Source: Eledone cirrhosa
Lineage: Eukaryota
DNA: 64,000 bases
Direction: 5' to 3'
NCBI GenBank assembly: GCA_964016885.1
Contig: OZ024757.1
Location: 20,708,001 to 20,772,000 of the forward strand
How positions within the stretch are numbered: position 1 is the first letter of the stretch; each line of letters begins with the position of its first letter. The notes below the pieces were generated by a model. The model did no database searches, was not told the origin of the DNA, and was given only the letters and a program-made list of their open reading frames with translations. The position numbers and the translations under genes are program-made. Positions 13,701-27,473 of the stretch are shown here, piece after piece.

Positions 13701-16208
13701 AATGTTTCCATTGGTCTTTCCATTGCTGATACTATCTGCTGGTCACAACATCAGACCAAGGAAACAATGTTTCCATTCGTCTTTCCATTGCTGATACTAT
13801 CTGCTGGTCACAACATTAGACTAAAGAAACAATGTTTCCATTGGTCTTTCCATTGCTGGTACTATCTGCTGGTCACAACATCAGACCAAGGAAACAATGT
13901 TTCCATTGGTCTTTCCATTGCTGGTACTATCTGCTGGTCACAACATCAGACCAAGGAAACAATGTTTCCATTGGTCTTTCCATTGCTGGTACTATCTGCT
14001 GATCACATCATCAGACCAAGGAAACAATGTTTCCATTGGTCTTTCCATTGCTGGTACTATCTGCTGGTCACAACATCAGACCAAGGAAACAATGTTTCCA
14101 TTGGTCTTTCCATTGCTGGTACTATCTGCTGATCACATCATCAGACCAAGGAAACAATGTTTCCATTGGTCTTTCCATTGCTGGTACTATCTGCTGGTCA
14201 CAACATCAGACCAAGGAAACAATGTTTCCATTGGTCTTTCCATTGCTGGTACTATCTGCTGGTCACAACATCAGACCAAGGAAACAATGTTTCCATTGGT
14301 CTTTCCATAGCTGGTACTATCTGCTGATCACATCATCAGACCAAGGAAACAATGTTTCCATTGGTCTTTCCATTGCTGGTACTATCTGCTGATCACATCA
14401 TCAGACCAAGGAAACAATGTTTCCATTGGTCTTTCCATTGCTGATACTATCTGCTGGTCACAACATCAGACCAAGGAAACAATGTTTCCATTCGTCTTTC
14501 CATTGCTGATACTATCTGCTGGTCACAACATTAGACTAAAGAAACAATGTTTCCATTGGTCTTTCCATTGCTGGTACTATCTGCTGGTCACAACATCAGA
14601 CCAAGGAAACAATGTTTCCATTGGTCTTTCCATTGCTGGTACTATCTGCTGGTCACAACATTAGACCAAGGAAACAATGTTTCCATTGGTCTTTCCATTG
14701 CTGGTACTATCTGCTGGTCACAACATCAGACCAAGGAAACAATGTTTCCATTGGTCTTTCCATTGCTGGTACTATCTGCTGGTCACAACATTAGACCAAG
14801 GAAACAATGTTTCCATTGGTCTTTCCATTGCTGGTACTATCTGCTGGTCACAACATCAGACCAAGGAAACAATGTTTCCATTGGTCTTTCCATTGCTGGT
14901 ACTATCTGCTGGTCACAACATTAGACCAAGGAAACAATGTTTCCATTGGTCTTTCCATTGCTGGTACTATCTGCTGGTCACAACATCAGACCAAGGAAAC
15001 AATGTTTACATTGGTCTTTCCATTGCTGATACTATCTGCTGGTCACAACATCAGACTAAAGAAACAATGTTTCCATTGGTCTTTCCATTGCTGGTATTAT
15101 CTGCTGGTCACAACATCAGACCAAGGAAACAATGTTTCCATTGGTCTTTCCATTGCTGGTATTATCTGCTGGTCACAACATTAGACCAAGGAAACAATGT
15201 TTCCATTGGTCTTTCCATTGCTGGTACTATCTGCTGGTCACAACATCAGACCATGGAAACAATGTTTCCATTGGTCTTTCCATTGCTGGTACTATCTGCT
15301 GGTCACAACATCAGACCATGGAAACAATGTTTCCATTGGTCTTTCCATTGCTGGTATTATCTGCTGGTCACAACATTAGACCAAGGAAACAATGTTTCCA
15401 TTGGTCTTTCCATTGCTGGTACTATCTGCTGGTCACAACATCAGACCATGGAAACAATGTTTCCATTGGTCTTTCCATTGCTGGTACTATCTGCTGGTCA
15501 CAACATCAGACCATGGAAACAATGTTTCCATTGGTCTTTCCATTGCTGGTATTATCTGCTGGTCACAACATTAGACCAAGGAAACAATGTTTCCATTGGT
15601 CTTTCCATTGCTGGTACTATCTGCTGGTCACAACATCAGACCAAGGAAACAATGTTTCCATTGGTCTTTCCATTGCTGATACTATCTGCTGGTCACAACA
15701 TCAAACCAAGGAAACAATGTTTCCATTGGTCTTTCCATAGCTGGTACTATCTGCTGGTCACAACATCAGACCAAGGAAACAATGTTTCCATTGGTCTTTC
15801 CATTGCTGATACTATCTGCTGGTCACAACATCAAACCAAGGAAACAATGTTTCCATTGGTCTTTCCATAGCTGGTACTATCTGCTGGTCACAACATCAGA
15901 CCAAGGAAACAATGTTTCCACTGGTCTTTCCATTGCTGGTACTATCTGCTGGTCACAACATCAGACCAAGGAAACAATGTTTCCATTGGTCTTTCCATTG
16001 CTGGTACTATCTGCTGGTCACAACATCAGACCAAGGAAACAATGTTTCCACTGGTCTTTCCATTGCTGATACTATCTGCTGGTCACAACATCAGACCAAG
16101 GAAACAATGTTTCCATTGGTCTTTCCATTGCTGGTACTATCTGCTGGTCACAACATTAGACCAAAGAAACAATGTTTCCACTGGTCTTTCCATTGCTGGT
16201 ATTATCTA
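7773..16208. repeat. 65-bp satellite, ~130 highly homogeneous copies
   Basis: Unit gaccaaggaaacaatgtttccattggtctttccattgctggtactatctgctggtcacaacatca; no unique spacers. Confidence 0.98.
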
Positions 16209-16214
16209 CCGGTT

Positions 16215-16350
16215 GAAACTCCTGGCAGAAGATTAACATGAAATAAAGTCTCTTGCTCAAGGACATAACACATTACTCATTCCAGGAATCAAATACATAA
16301 CCTCATGTTTGTGAATCCAATTCTTTACCCACTAAGCCATGCAGCTTCAC
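16215..16350 (-). mobile_element. Old tRNA/CORE SINE head abutting the 65-bp array
   Basis: Minus strand gaagctgcatggcttagtgggtaaag...tgtccttgagcaagagactttatttca. Confidence 0.7.
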
Positions 16351-16528
16351 ATTTCTAGAATATATTTCCCATAAATGTTCAGCAAGGAAGGAACGGAATA
16401 TATTTAGTCCAAAAGAAACCAATGTAGTATTACTGACTTCTAGAGGGTTTGATATAAATATGAGTGTGTGTGTATATATGTATGTATAAATGTGTGCGTG
16501 TGTATATGTGTATGTATAAATGTGTGCA

Positions 16529-16560
<32 letters not shown>

Positions 16561-16608
16561 CATGTATAAATATATGTGTATATATGTGATGTATAAATGT
16601 GTGTATAT

Positions 16609-16950
16609 TCATTTCATTTCATTTCATTTTACGTCCGCTTTTTCCCTGCTTGCAAGGGTGGGACGGGAACTGATGCTGGCTTGATTTCTACAGCTGGATG
16701 CCCTTCCTAACACCAACCTCATTTACAGTGAGTGCTGGGTGCTTTTTTGCTGTGGCACCTCCACAACCACTTTACAGTGGAATGATAAGGACCTCAGTCC
16801 CTATCATCTCATTTCTACAGCTGAGTAAACTGGAGCAATGTGAAATAAAGTGTCTTGCTCAAGGAAACAACACATCACCCGGTCTGAGAATTGAACTCAC
16901 AACCTTTCGATTGCAAGGCCAATGCTCTAACCACTAAGCCATGTGCCTCC
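16609..16950 (-). mobile_element. SINE family B, full length (tRNA head + CORE + RTE-derived tail)
   Basis: ggaggcacatggcttagtggttag A box, gagttcaattc B box, CORE-like ttgagcaagacactttatttcac, tail shared with the RTE at 3725. Confidence 0.92.
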
Positions 16951-17742
16951 ATATATGTATGTATAAATGTGTGTGTGTGTGTATATATGTGAATGTATAA
17001 ATATATGTGAGTATATGTGATGTATAAATGTGTGTATATGTATGTATAAATGTGTGTGTGAGTATATGATGTATAAATGTGTGTGTATGTATAAATGTGT
17101 ATATATGTGTGTATATGTGCATGTATAAATGTGAGTATATGATGTATAAATGTGTGTACAAGTGTATGTATAAATGTGTGTGTGTATATATGTATGTATA
17201 AATGTGTGAGTATATGATGTATAAATGTGTGTGTGTATGTGTATGTATAAATGTGTGTGTGTATATATATTTGCATGTATAAATATATGTGTATATGTGC
17301 ATGTATAAATGTGTGTGTGAGTATATGTGTATGAATAAATGTATATGTATATGTATAAATATGTGTGTATATGTATATATGTATGAATGTGTATATATGA
17401 ATGCATAAATATATGTGTATATGAGCATATATGTATGTGTGTGTATATATATAAGTGTATGTGTATGTATATATAAGAGTGTATGTGCGTGTATATAGAG
17501 ATGTGTGTATGTGTGTGTGTATATATATATATATGTGTATGTGTGTGTATATATATATAAGAGTATGTGTGCATATATGTATGTATGTGCGTGTATATAT
17601 AAGTGTGTATGTGCGTTTATATATAAGTGTGTATATATATATATAGATATGTATGTGTGTGTATATATATATATATAGAGATATGTATGTGCGTGTATAT
17701 ATATCTAGATATGTATGTGTGTATATATATATAGATATATAT

Positions 17743-18308
17743 ATGGTCTCATGGTCGGGTCGTTGGCGACTAAACTGGCAACCCCACCAAGGTTCCTTGG
17801 TGAGGAGGGTGACTTTGGACATCCTGCAGGACTAAAAACAAAACCTGTCAAAGGGCAAAGGAGCTCTTAAGAGTCAATGGCCATCCAAAATCACTGGGAG
17901 AGATGACCCCTTAGCCTTTGTCAAGGCAGAATTCTAGGAGAAGGAAAACTCTGATATAACACCTGCAACCCTGATGGTATCCAATGATGTTGACTTGTTC
18001 TTCTTTTTGGTAAATATCATCTTGGTCAAGAGAGTGGGACTGGCTTTGTGCAGTGCCTTTGCTCACTATAAAAGCTTCATGGCACAGGCATTGCTTTATA
18101 TCTGGAGATCTCTCTGCACTTGTCGTCACATGGTACCATGGGCCCAGCACTATGTGTCAATAATTGTCACAAGTGTAGTGTTTATACCAGAGTTTTCAAG
18201 TCACTGGCTGGACTAAAAAGTCACACTCGTACAGCGCATCGGTAGGGGTTCTCCTACATGGATATATAAAGTAGTGGCCGTACTCGAAAACGAGTTGGCA
18301 GCCACCAT
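17743..18308 (+). mobile_element. Internally deleted RTE-type element (putative 5' UTR + C-terminal zinc-finger remnant + 3' stem-loop)
   Basis: ctaggagaaggaaaactctg motif; HKCSVYTRVFKSLAGLKSHTRTAHR* near 18168-18245; ctcgaaaacgag hairpin; relative at 60204-60591. Confidence 0.6.
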
Positions 18309-18789
18309 ATATGTATATATGTATGTGTGTATATATATATATAGATATGTATGCATGTATATATATAGATATGTATGTTTATATATATATAGATATGTAT
18401 GTGTGTGTATATATATATAAGAGTGTGTGTATATAGATATGTGTGTATAGATATGTACATGTGTGTATATATGTTTCCTAAACAAGTTTGAAGTAATCTT
18501 GATCCATTTGTTTTATTATTTAATATTTCCCTGTAGTAGAGAGGGTGTATATGTGATGTCTTTAAGGGGTGGGGTAGGGCCACTTTGTATTTACAAGGAA
18601 ATATATTTGTAACAATAAAAATAAGTGGACCCCCCGCCCTCCCAACCACCACCACCTCTTTCTCTCTTCCTCATTTTCTTTGTCTTGGAAACCGAAACTG
18701 TATTAAACTTTTAAAAATATATTTTAATTTACTTAGTGCATATGTATGTGCATAATATAACTTACTAACAACAGAATATATAAACACAC

Positions 18790-18834
18790 ACTCATATGTA
18801 TGTATATATGTACATATATATATATGTATATATG

Positions 18835-18869
<35 letters not shown>

Positions 18870-18970
18870 GTATATATATATATATGTATATATGTATATA
18901 TATACATATATATATATATATGTATATATATACATATATATATGTGTGTATATGTATATATAAATATATT

Positions 18971-19021
<51 letters not shown>

Positions 19022-19055
19022 ATACATATATATATATATACATATATATATATAC

Positions 19056-19128
<73 letters not shown>

Positions 19129-19139
19129 CATATATATAC

Positions 19140-19186
<47 letters not shown>

Positions 19187-19299
19187 CATATAAATATATA
19201 CATATATATATATACAAACATATATATATACATACATACATACATATACATACATACACATATATATATATACATACATATACATATGTGTATGTATGT

Positions 19300-19390
<91 letters not shown>

Positions 19391-19649
19391 TATACATATG
19401 TATATGTGCACATATATAAGGACAAACATACACATATATCTATGTATATACACATGTGTGTGTATATATTCACACACTATATATTTGCCATTCATATCAT
19501 ATATCAAGGTTAAGAGTGTATTTGTTCTTTTGTTCTATCTTGAAGAGAAAAACAACAGAGAAAGACAAACACCCAACAGATTCTGTGTAGCTATTATACT
19601 TTTGATATATATTATATATCCACTGTATATATATATATTCTATGCAGTG

Positions 19650-19688
<39 letters not shown>

Positions 19689-20670
19689 TGCACTTAAATG
19701 AATTTTCCATTTTTCCATGAGTAAGCTATTTTATGCTATTGTAATTCTTTACTTAATCAGTAAACTGTTTTTAAACACACACAGACACACATATATATAT
19801 ATACACAGATACATACATACGTACGTACATACATATATATATTTATACACATACACATACATATATATATTTATACACATACATATATATATATATATAC
19901 ACAGATACATACATACGTACATACATATATATATATATACATACATATATATATACATAGACATACATATACACATACATCATATACATACATACGTTCA
20001 TATATATATACATATACATATATATACATACATATACATACATACATACATATATATATATACATACATACATATATATATATACATACATATACATATA
20101 TACATATACACATACATACATATATACATACATACATATACATATATACATACATACATATATACATATATATATACATACATACATATACATACATATA
20201 TACATATACATACATACATATACATACATACATAATCATCATCATCACCGTTTTACGTCCGTTCTTCCACGCTAGCATGGGTTAGACAGGTTGTCCTGTT
20301 GTGGGCAGTGTCTGGTCGGCTGACCATGCCTTGCTCATAGATATATACATACATACATACATATATATATATATATACATACATATATATATAAACATAC
20401 ATATATATATATATATATACATACATATACATATACATACATATACATATATATACATACATACATATATATACACATATATATACACACATACATACAT
20501 ACATATATATATACACATATATATATACATACATATATATATATACATACACATATACATACATACATATATATATACACATATATATATATATACATAC
20601 GTACATACATATATATACATACATACATATATATATATACACATATATATATATACATATATATATATAC

Positions 20671-20704
<34 letters not shown>

Positions 20705-20720
20705 ACATACATACATAAAC
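18790..20720. repeat. Compound (TA)n/(TACA)n microsatellite block
   Basis: Long AT/ACAT runs; source of the YI/YV ORFs. Confidence 0.95.
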
Positions 20721-21044
20721 ATCTTACTGGAACAATATCCAAAAGATAGCAAAAAAAAAAAAGAAAAATGTTTCAGTTTCCAAAGCAAAGGGAAAACAAC
20801 CCCCTCTAACTAATGCTCCAACCCTGCCCCCTACTGAAAGACTGGGAGATCAGATTTGTACATTGTTGCATGCTATAGTATCTAGGAACGCGGCTGTGTG
20901 GATTTTTTCTTTTCTTGCAGAAGAGGAGTAGAGGAATTTGAGCAAATATTTGCTTGATCGTGTTTTTATTTTGTTATATTATATTTTATATTATTATCAT
21001 TATATATATATACATATATACATAATAATAAAAGGACGATTTGT

Positions 21045-21086
<42 letters not shown>

Positions 21087-21173
21087 GGAAAAAATGAAAC
21101 AAAATTTCATTTCTCACTCTTAGTACGGCTGTTACTTAAATATAAGTATGTATACATATATGTATGTACGTAT

Positions 21174-21211
<38 letters not shown>

Positions 21212-21650
21212 TACATAATACTATTATATATATATATATAATGTAAATTTATGTTATATTATATATATAAATGTTAGTTCAGTCATAATAATAGTTGAAT
21301 ACCACAAGCAAAAAATAATAAGTACCATTTGCTTGCATAGTCAATTACGCAGCCTTGGCGATAATACAATTTAATACATCTTAAACATACAGAATCTATT
21401 TGTAGAAATAATATAAACAAGATAGAAGCATGTGTAATTGAATTAAATTATAAATCAATATAAAAAAAATAGAAAAAGAATACAGAAAATAGTAAAAGAG
21501 GTAAGATGGGAATTTTGTTTCAACAGATCGAATAATGATGTATTGAAGAAAACTATGACAATGAATGACATTAGAGGCCTGCTAGAAACAGTACCCAAAT
21601 GCCCTTAAATCCTAATATGCCATCTTGGAAGACGCCATTGGACAATATAG

Positions 21651-21683
<33 letters not shown>

Positions 21684-21698
21684 CTATATATATATATA

Positions 21699-21867
21699 GG
21701 AACAAGTAAGACCCCGACGGCTGAGCTCTCTGTACAGAATTAGCCGTCGAAACGGCTTGAGCTCAGCCGTCGGGGTCTTACTTGTTCCTATTACCCACTC
21801 TACTACCCTAAGTATTGAGTACTTTGGTGCGTTATGGTCCACCTGGTTCCTTACCACATTTCCTTCG

Positions 21868-21870
<3 letters not shown>
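21699..21870. mobile_element. Fold-back TA-inserted element, family P (copy 1)
   Basis: Palindromic head ggaacaagtaagaccccgacggctgagctc...gagctcagccgtcggggtcttacttgttcc plus conserved tail; (TA)n on both sides. Confidence 0.85.
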
Positions 21871-21912
<42 letters not shown>

Positions 21913-22120
21913 GATAAATCTACCAAAATATTATTTCTGAAGACAGCATATATATATGTGTAGGTGTGTATATTCCCTCTGATAGTTTGTAAAAATTTTA
22001 CATAGATCTATATGATATACATACCAACACACACACATATATATCCTAGAAACGATCGTAAAATGATGAATTATTTAATATAAGGAACTGTTTCTTTGTT
22101 TTTATTCATTATTTTAATTA

Positions 22121-22186
<66 letters not shown>

Positions 22187-22434
22187 AGTTAACACGGTAA
22201 AAACCTCCCAGTCCACACTGTAAACGTGCTTGGTGTTAGGAAGGGCATCCAGCCATAGAAAACCTGCCAGACAGTCCTATACGAGCAAGACAACCAATCT
22301 TGCCTCAAGTGGGACAATTCCCATCTAAACCCATGCTAGTGTGGAAGATGGACGTTAAACAATGATGATGGTGTGTGTGTATTTATATATGTGTGTATAT
22401 ATATACATGTATATATATATATATGTGTGTATAT

Positions 22435-22465
<31 letters not shown>

Positions 22466-22607
22466 CATATATATATATATGTATGTATATATATATGTAT
22501 GTATATATATATATATGTATGTAAAAGGTAAACTGAAATAACAACACAATCGGTACAGTATATGGAAGGTATATATTAGGTTAATGCTTGATATAGCAGG
22601 AAGAGGG

Positions 22608-22643
22608 TCTTAACGTTTCGGAAGCTGGTCCTTCATCAGAAGA
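22608..22643 (-). ncRNA. Minimal type I hammerhead ribozyme, family A
   Basis: UCUU-CUGAUGA-A-GGA ccagcu UCC-GAAA-CG-UU-AAGA. Confidence 0.8.
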
Positions 22644-22763
22644 AAGAATGAGAAATAAGATAGATCGAAGGGATGGGCGGGATGGAATTGGAAAAAATGT
22701 CTTTAGATAAAAATAACAGGTCCATTCATGTTGACATCTCATATATATATATATATATTTTGA

Positions 22764-22821
22764 ATACCTGATGATGTCACCGGATTCATACTGAACCCAG
22801 TCATTGAAATGATCATAGTAT
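22764..22821 (+). ncRNA. Type I hammerhead motif, family C
   Basis: AUAC-CUGAUGA-imperfect stem II (ggauuca uac ugaaccc)-GAAA-UGAUCA-UA-GUAU; palindromic stem III. Confidence 0.65.
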
Positions 22822-23415
22822 AATAAACCTTTTAAGGAATTATACCAGTCCAGCCTCCTGGACACACAGAGACCAGAAATAGCCGTCGAAATGGCTTCAG
22901 CTCTGCCGTCGGGGTCTTGAACATTTCCCTAGATATATATATCAATATATCATCATAATCATTGCTTAACATCCATTTTCCATGCTCGCATGGGTTAGAT
23001 GGTTTGGTATGTTATGAAAAAAGTCAGTTTAGGAGATCACGTCTTGCTCATATAGATCTGTTTTTTGCCTTGGTCTCTACATCCCTTCCTAACATTGACC
23101 CTGTTACTGTGTGGATTGGCACCTATATATATATATAAACCCAAGAAGCTAGATTTAATATCTTCCTAGCGGGTCCGGGTATGCATTTTACATTCATTTA
23201 ATTTATTGAATTATTGATATTTTTTATCTGAGTGTCCCCGAATCTTCCGTAATCGTAAATTTTCGATCGTGCGGTTGATTATAGACTTGTTCTATGTGTG
23301 ACGGTATTTTAACGATAGTTATAGCTCTGATTTATCTAAATCAGCGAGCACTCTGCCGCTCATATCGAATTTTGTTTATCGTGAACTCGTACGCCGATTT
23401 TTCGATACTCGATCA

Positions 23416-23453
<38 letters not shown>

Positions 23454-23568
23454 CAAAGGGATATTTAATTTGTTGGTAATTCAACAAATATATTTATAAC
23501 AGATTCGAAGCACTCGACAGGTTTTCTGGAGTATAATATCAATGGTATTAATAAATGGAAACTATATT

Positions 23569-23629
23569 TATTCTATTATATATATTTCAAGGGTAGCAAA
23601 ACTTTGGTACGCTCTCATCAGATAAAATA
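23569..23629 (-). ncRNA. Type I hammerhead ribozyme, family B
   Basis: UAUUUUAU-CUGAUGA-gagcguaccaaaguuuugcuacccuu-GAAA-UAUAUA-UA-AUAGAAUA. Confidence 0.75.
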
Positions 23630-23761
23630 CAAAGTTTGTTTTATAAATAGTGACATATCCAGGAATGAGATCTTAACTGTTCAAGTTTTACCTGGATAGT
23701 TGAATTGTTGATAGTTGAATTTCTTGAATTAAATATCCCTTTCTTATAAATATATATATAT

Positions 23762-24110
23762 GGAGGTGCATGGCTTAGTGGTTAGAGCATTGGCCTTGCA
23801 ATCGAAAGGTTGTGAGTTCAATTCTCAGACCGGGTGATGTGTTGTTTCCTTGAGCAAGACACTTTATTTCACATTGCTCCAGTTTACTCAGCTGTAGAAA
23901 TGAGATGATAGGGACTGGGGTCCATATCATTCCACTGCAAAGTGGTCGTGGAGGTGACACGGCAAAAAAAGCACCCAGCACTCACTGTAAATGAGGTTGG
24001 TGTTAGGAAGGGCATCCAGCTGTAGAAATCAAGCCAGAATCAGTTCCCGTCCCACCCTTGCTAGCAGGGAAAAGCGGACGTAAAATGAAATGATGAAATG
24101 ATGATGATGA
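23762..24110 (+). mobile_element. SINE family B, full length
   Basis: Near-identical to 16609-16950; (GAT)n tail. Confidence 0.92.
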
Positions 24111-24882
24111 TATATATGATAAAGGTGGCACATTTATCATAAATCTTCTCAAATCCGGGTTGAGCTAGGGTTAAACAACAAGCTGACAGTGAGAGGGGAT
24201 CATAGGTCTGTTGGATCACGGTTAAACAATAACTGGTATATTTGTCAAGAGATTCTGTATCAAGTTCACATACATACAGACACACACATGTTCACATGCT
24301 CACATACAGATACACACATGCTCATACATACATACAGACAGGCACACATATGTTCACATATACACACATGCTCACATATACATAGACACACACGTGCTCA
24401 CATATACATAGATACACACACACATGTTCACACATATGCACACATACACACATGAAAACATACTCACACACATATATATATGACTTGACACAGTTTTCAT
24501 GTGAACCAGTTATTTTAATCTTTAGATAATTGATCAGAAATGAAAAAGCTCAGAGTAGCTAATCATTTTTGAAGTGAGGGTACTGATGCCACAATAAAAC
24601 ACCCAGTACACTCTGCAATACGATATTGCTAGTGCCACAATAAAACACTCTGCAATGCGGTAGTACTGATGCCATATTAAAACGCCCAGTACACTCTGTA
24701 ATGTGGTAGTGCTGATGCTACAATAAAACACACACAATACACTTGATTTTAAAAAAAAATTATTTATAAATCATAGGCAGTATCTTTCATTAGAAACATG
24801 GTCAGGAAAAGGTTAACGTGTTTATATTTATCTAAAAAACCTTCCATCATAATTTTCTATAAGAAACTTTGTTATGTTCGTA

Positions 24883-25062
24883 ATAGTTGTTTCTACTTTT
24901 GGCACAAGGCCAGCAATTACCCCAGTGCATTACTGGTACTTTATTTTATCAACACCGTAAGGATGAAAGGCAAAGTTAACCTCGGTGGGATTTGAACTCA
25001 GAATGTAAAGGGCTGTAAAGGACTGTAACTATGCTGAAAACCATGGTGTCTGACCCTCTATC
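24883..25062 (-). mobile_element. SINE family A
   Basis: Same core and tail as 5324-5516. Confidence 0.85.
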
Positions 25063-25769
25063 CTTCAAATTCTTAGTTATTTTAGCCCAAACAGGCCAAA
25101 AGTGGCTTTGGTTCTATGAAATAAAGTTACCCATTTTAAAAGTTTCCAATTTAAAATAAAATCTTTCAACATAATTTTATATAAGAATCATATGTTAAGT
25201 TACTATCTTAGTAATGAAATAATTAATAAATTTAGTGAATCCTTCAAAATTCTTCATTATTTACTGAGTGTATTTAATTAGAAATGCAGTGATGAAAGGG
25301 TTAAAAAATATTTGCAAATCATAGGCAATATCTTTCATTAGAATTTTGGTAACAAAAAAAGTTGAGGAAGACGTAGTTTACTTACTTCCACATGTAGACG
25401 TGCGTCTTGTAAAGAAGTTTTCTTAAATGACAAAAAGCATTCACACAGAAACAGAAAGGAAATAAAGCCACCAGATACATACAGTGCACTAAAACCTACT
25501 AAAAACATAATAAGTGTGTACTTATCAACTAAGTTCTGTGAACTGAGTTTGATAGTCTAACCCCCTGCTAGAAGTGAAAGTGGATGTTTAAATGGCAGTG
25601 TTGATGATGGTGATGATGGTGATGACGGTGATGATGACGACGACAATGGTGATAACAATGGCGATGAAGATTAACTTCTTCAATGTTGTAAGAGGCAGGA
25701 ATACTGAAAAGAACCTTTCATCAAGTGTATGTTGTTCTAAAGTAAGGTAAAATCAGCAATGAGGTTTCA

Positions 25770-26280
25770 ATTTCTACTGAATGTCACTTCATTATTTTAA
25801 AGTACCAGTAATGCACTGGGTAATTGCCAGCCTTGTGCCAAAAGTAGAAATAATTATTTTACTTATGCCATATGGGATTATAGGTAAACCATTTCTACTG
25901 AATGTCACTTCATTATTTTAAAGTACCAGTAATGCACTGGGGTAATTTGCCGGCCTCGTGCCAAAAGTAGAAACAATTATTTTACTTATGCCATATGGGA
26001 TTATAGATAAACCATTTCTACTGAATGTCACTTCATTATTTTAAAGTACCAGTAATGCACTGGGGTAATTGCCGGCCTTGTGCCAAAAGTAGAAACAATT
26101 ATTTTACTTATGCCATATGGGATTATAGGTAAACCATTTCTACTGAATGTCACTTCATTATTTTAAAGTACCAGTAATGCACTGGGGTAATTGCTGGCCT
26201 TGTGCCAACATTAGAAATAATTATTTTACTTATGCCATATGGGATTATAGATAAACCATTTCTACTGAATGTCACTTCAT
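25770..26280 (+). repeat. ~122-bp tandem repeat (4 copies) built from a SINE A 3' end plus flanks
   Basis: tttctactgaatgtcacttcatt + aagtaccagtaatgcactggg...gtagaaacaattatt + ttacttatgccatatgggattata. Confidence 0.9.
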
Positions 26281-26462
26281 TGGCAGTGTCGGTAGAGTGT
26301 CGGCTGCCATGCTTTGACATATAGAGTTACGGCCCTTGCCATTCTGAGTTCAAATCCCGCCGAGGTTAACTTTGCCTTTCATCCTTACGGGGTCGATAAA
26401 ATAATGTACCAGTAACACACTGGGATAATTGCTGGCCTTGTGCCAAAAGCAGAAACAATTAT
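26281..26462 (+). mobile_element. SINE family A, full length
   Basis: tggcagtgtcggtagag...gagttcaaatcccgccgagg... Confidence 0.9.
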
Positions 26463-26732
26463 TTTACTTATGCCATATGGGATTATAGATAAACCATTTG
26501 CTTACCACATTTCCAATGAAAGACACTGAAACAGTCAAGAATTTGGAGAGATTTAGTAATATAACTAAATTTCTCATTTTTAAGCTGGTGTTTGGAGCAT
26601 AACATAAAGGTTTTTAGATAAATATAAAGACGGTAAAACAAACAGATTTTTATTGTGAAACTAGGGGAGGCTCCAGGCAGTTGGATATCAAAAGGGTTAG
26701 AATTAGTAAATGTCTGTAGATTGTTACATAAA

Positions 26733-26920
26733 ATTATTGTTTCTATTGTTGCCACAAGGCCAGCAATTACCCAGTACATTACCGGTATTTTATTTTATCG
26801 ACCCCGTAAGGATGAAAGGCAAAGTTAACCTCGGCGGGATTTGAACTCAGATCATAAAGGGACGTAACTCTATGCTTCAAAGCATGGTGTCCGACTCTCT
26901 ACCGATACTGCCAATCCACC
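26733..26920 (-). mobile_element. SINE family A
   Basis: Inverted relative to the 26281 copy. Confidence 0.9.
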
Positions 26921-27092
26921 ATAAAATTGTTTTACCAGACAATGGATTATATGGATGGTAGGGTGTGGTTTGAGAGAGATTTGGCTGTTGTTTTCTTGCA
27001 GAGGACTCATAGCTTCTCATAGTTTAATCTGGGCCATCCTTTCATAGAAATATGTCACGCCTTACACTTCTTTACACCTTCATCTCCAGCAT

Positions 27093-27473
27093 TGTGAGTG
27101 AGGCTGTGAGTGAGGCTGTGAGTGAGGGTGTGAGCGAGGGTGTGAGCGAGGGTGTGAGCGAGGGTGTGAGCGAGGCTGTGAGCGAGGGTGTGAGTGAGGC
27201 TGTGAGTAAGAGTGTGAGCGAGGGTGTGAGCGAGGCTGTGAGGCTGTGAGCGAGGGTGTGAGCGAGGGTGTGAGCGAGGGTGTGAGCGAGGGTGTGAGCG
27301 AGGGTGTGAGCGAGGCTGTGAGCGAGGGTGTGAGCGAGGCTGTGAGCGAGGGTGTGAGCGAGGGTGTGAGCGAGGCTGTGAGCTAGGGTGTGAGCGAGGC
27401 TGTGAGCTAGGGTGTGAGCGAGGCTGTGAGCTAGGGTGTGAGCGAGGGTGTGAGCGAGGCTGTGAGTGAGGGT
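27093..27473. repeat. 12-bp minisatellite gtgagcgagg(g/c)t
   Basis: About 30 direct copies. Confidence 0.95.

Noticed and set aside
7773-16208. CRISPR array or repetitive protein gene
   Set aside because: No unique spacers and no cas genes. The 65-bp unit is not a multiple of 3, so ORFs cycle through all frames and variants freely create stops.
7773-16208. Tandem hammerhead (retrozyme) satellite on the minus strand: CTGATG(A/T)...GAAA-hairpin
   Set aside because: Most units read CUGAUGU, the residue at the cleavage position would be G, and there is no separate stem I or credible stem II.
17765-17815. Twister ribozyme at an RTE-like 5' end (TAA...GAGGAGGG)
   Set aside because: Lacks the conserved loop 4 CCCAAGC-type sequence and the pseudoknot pairings
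16875-20813. Numerous Tyr/Ile/His-rich ORFs (also at 46800-49900)
   Set aside because: TA/CA microsatellites lack stop codons by composition
23762-23835. tRNA genes at SINE heads
   Set aside because: A and B boxes are present, but they continue into SINE bodies and the acceptor stems do not pair
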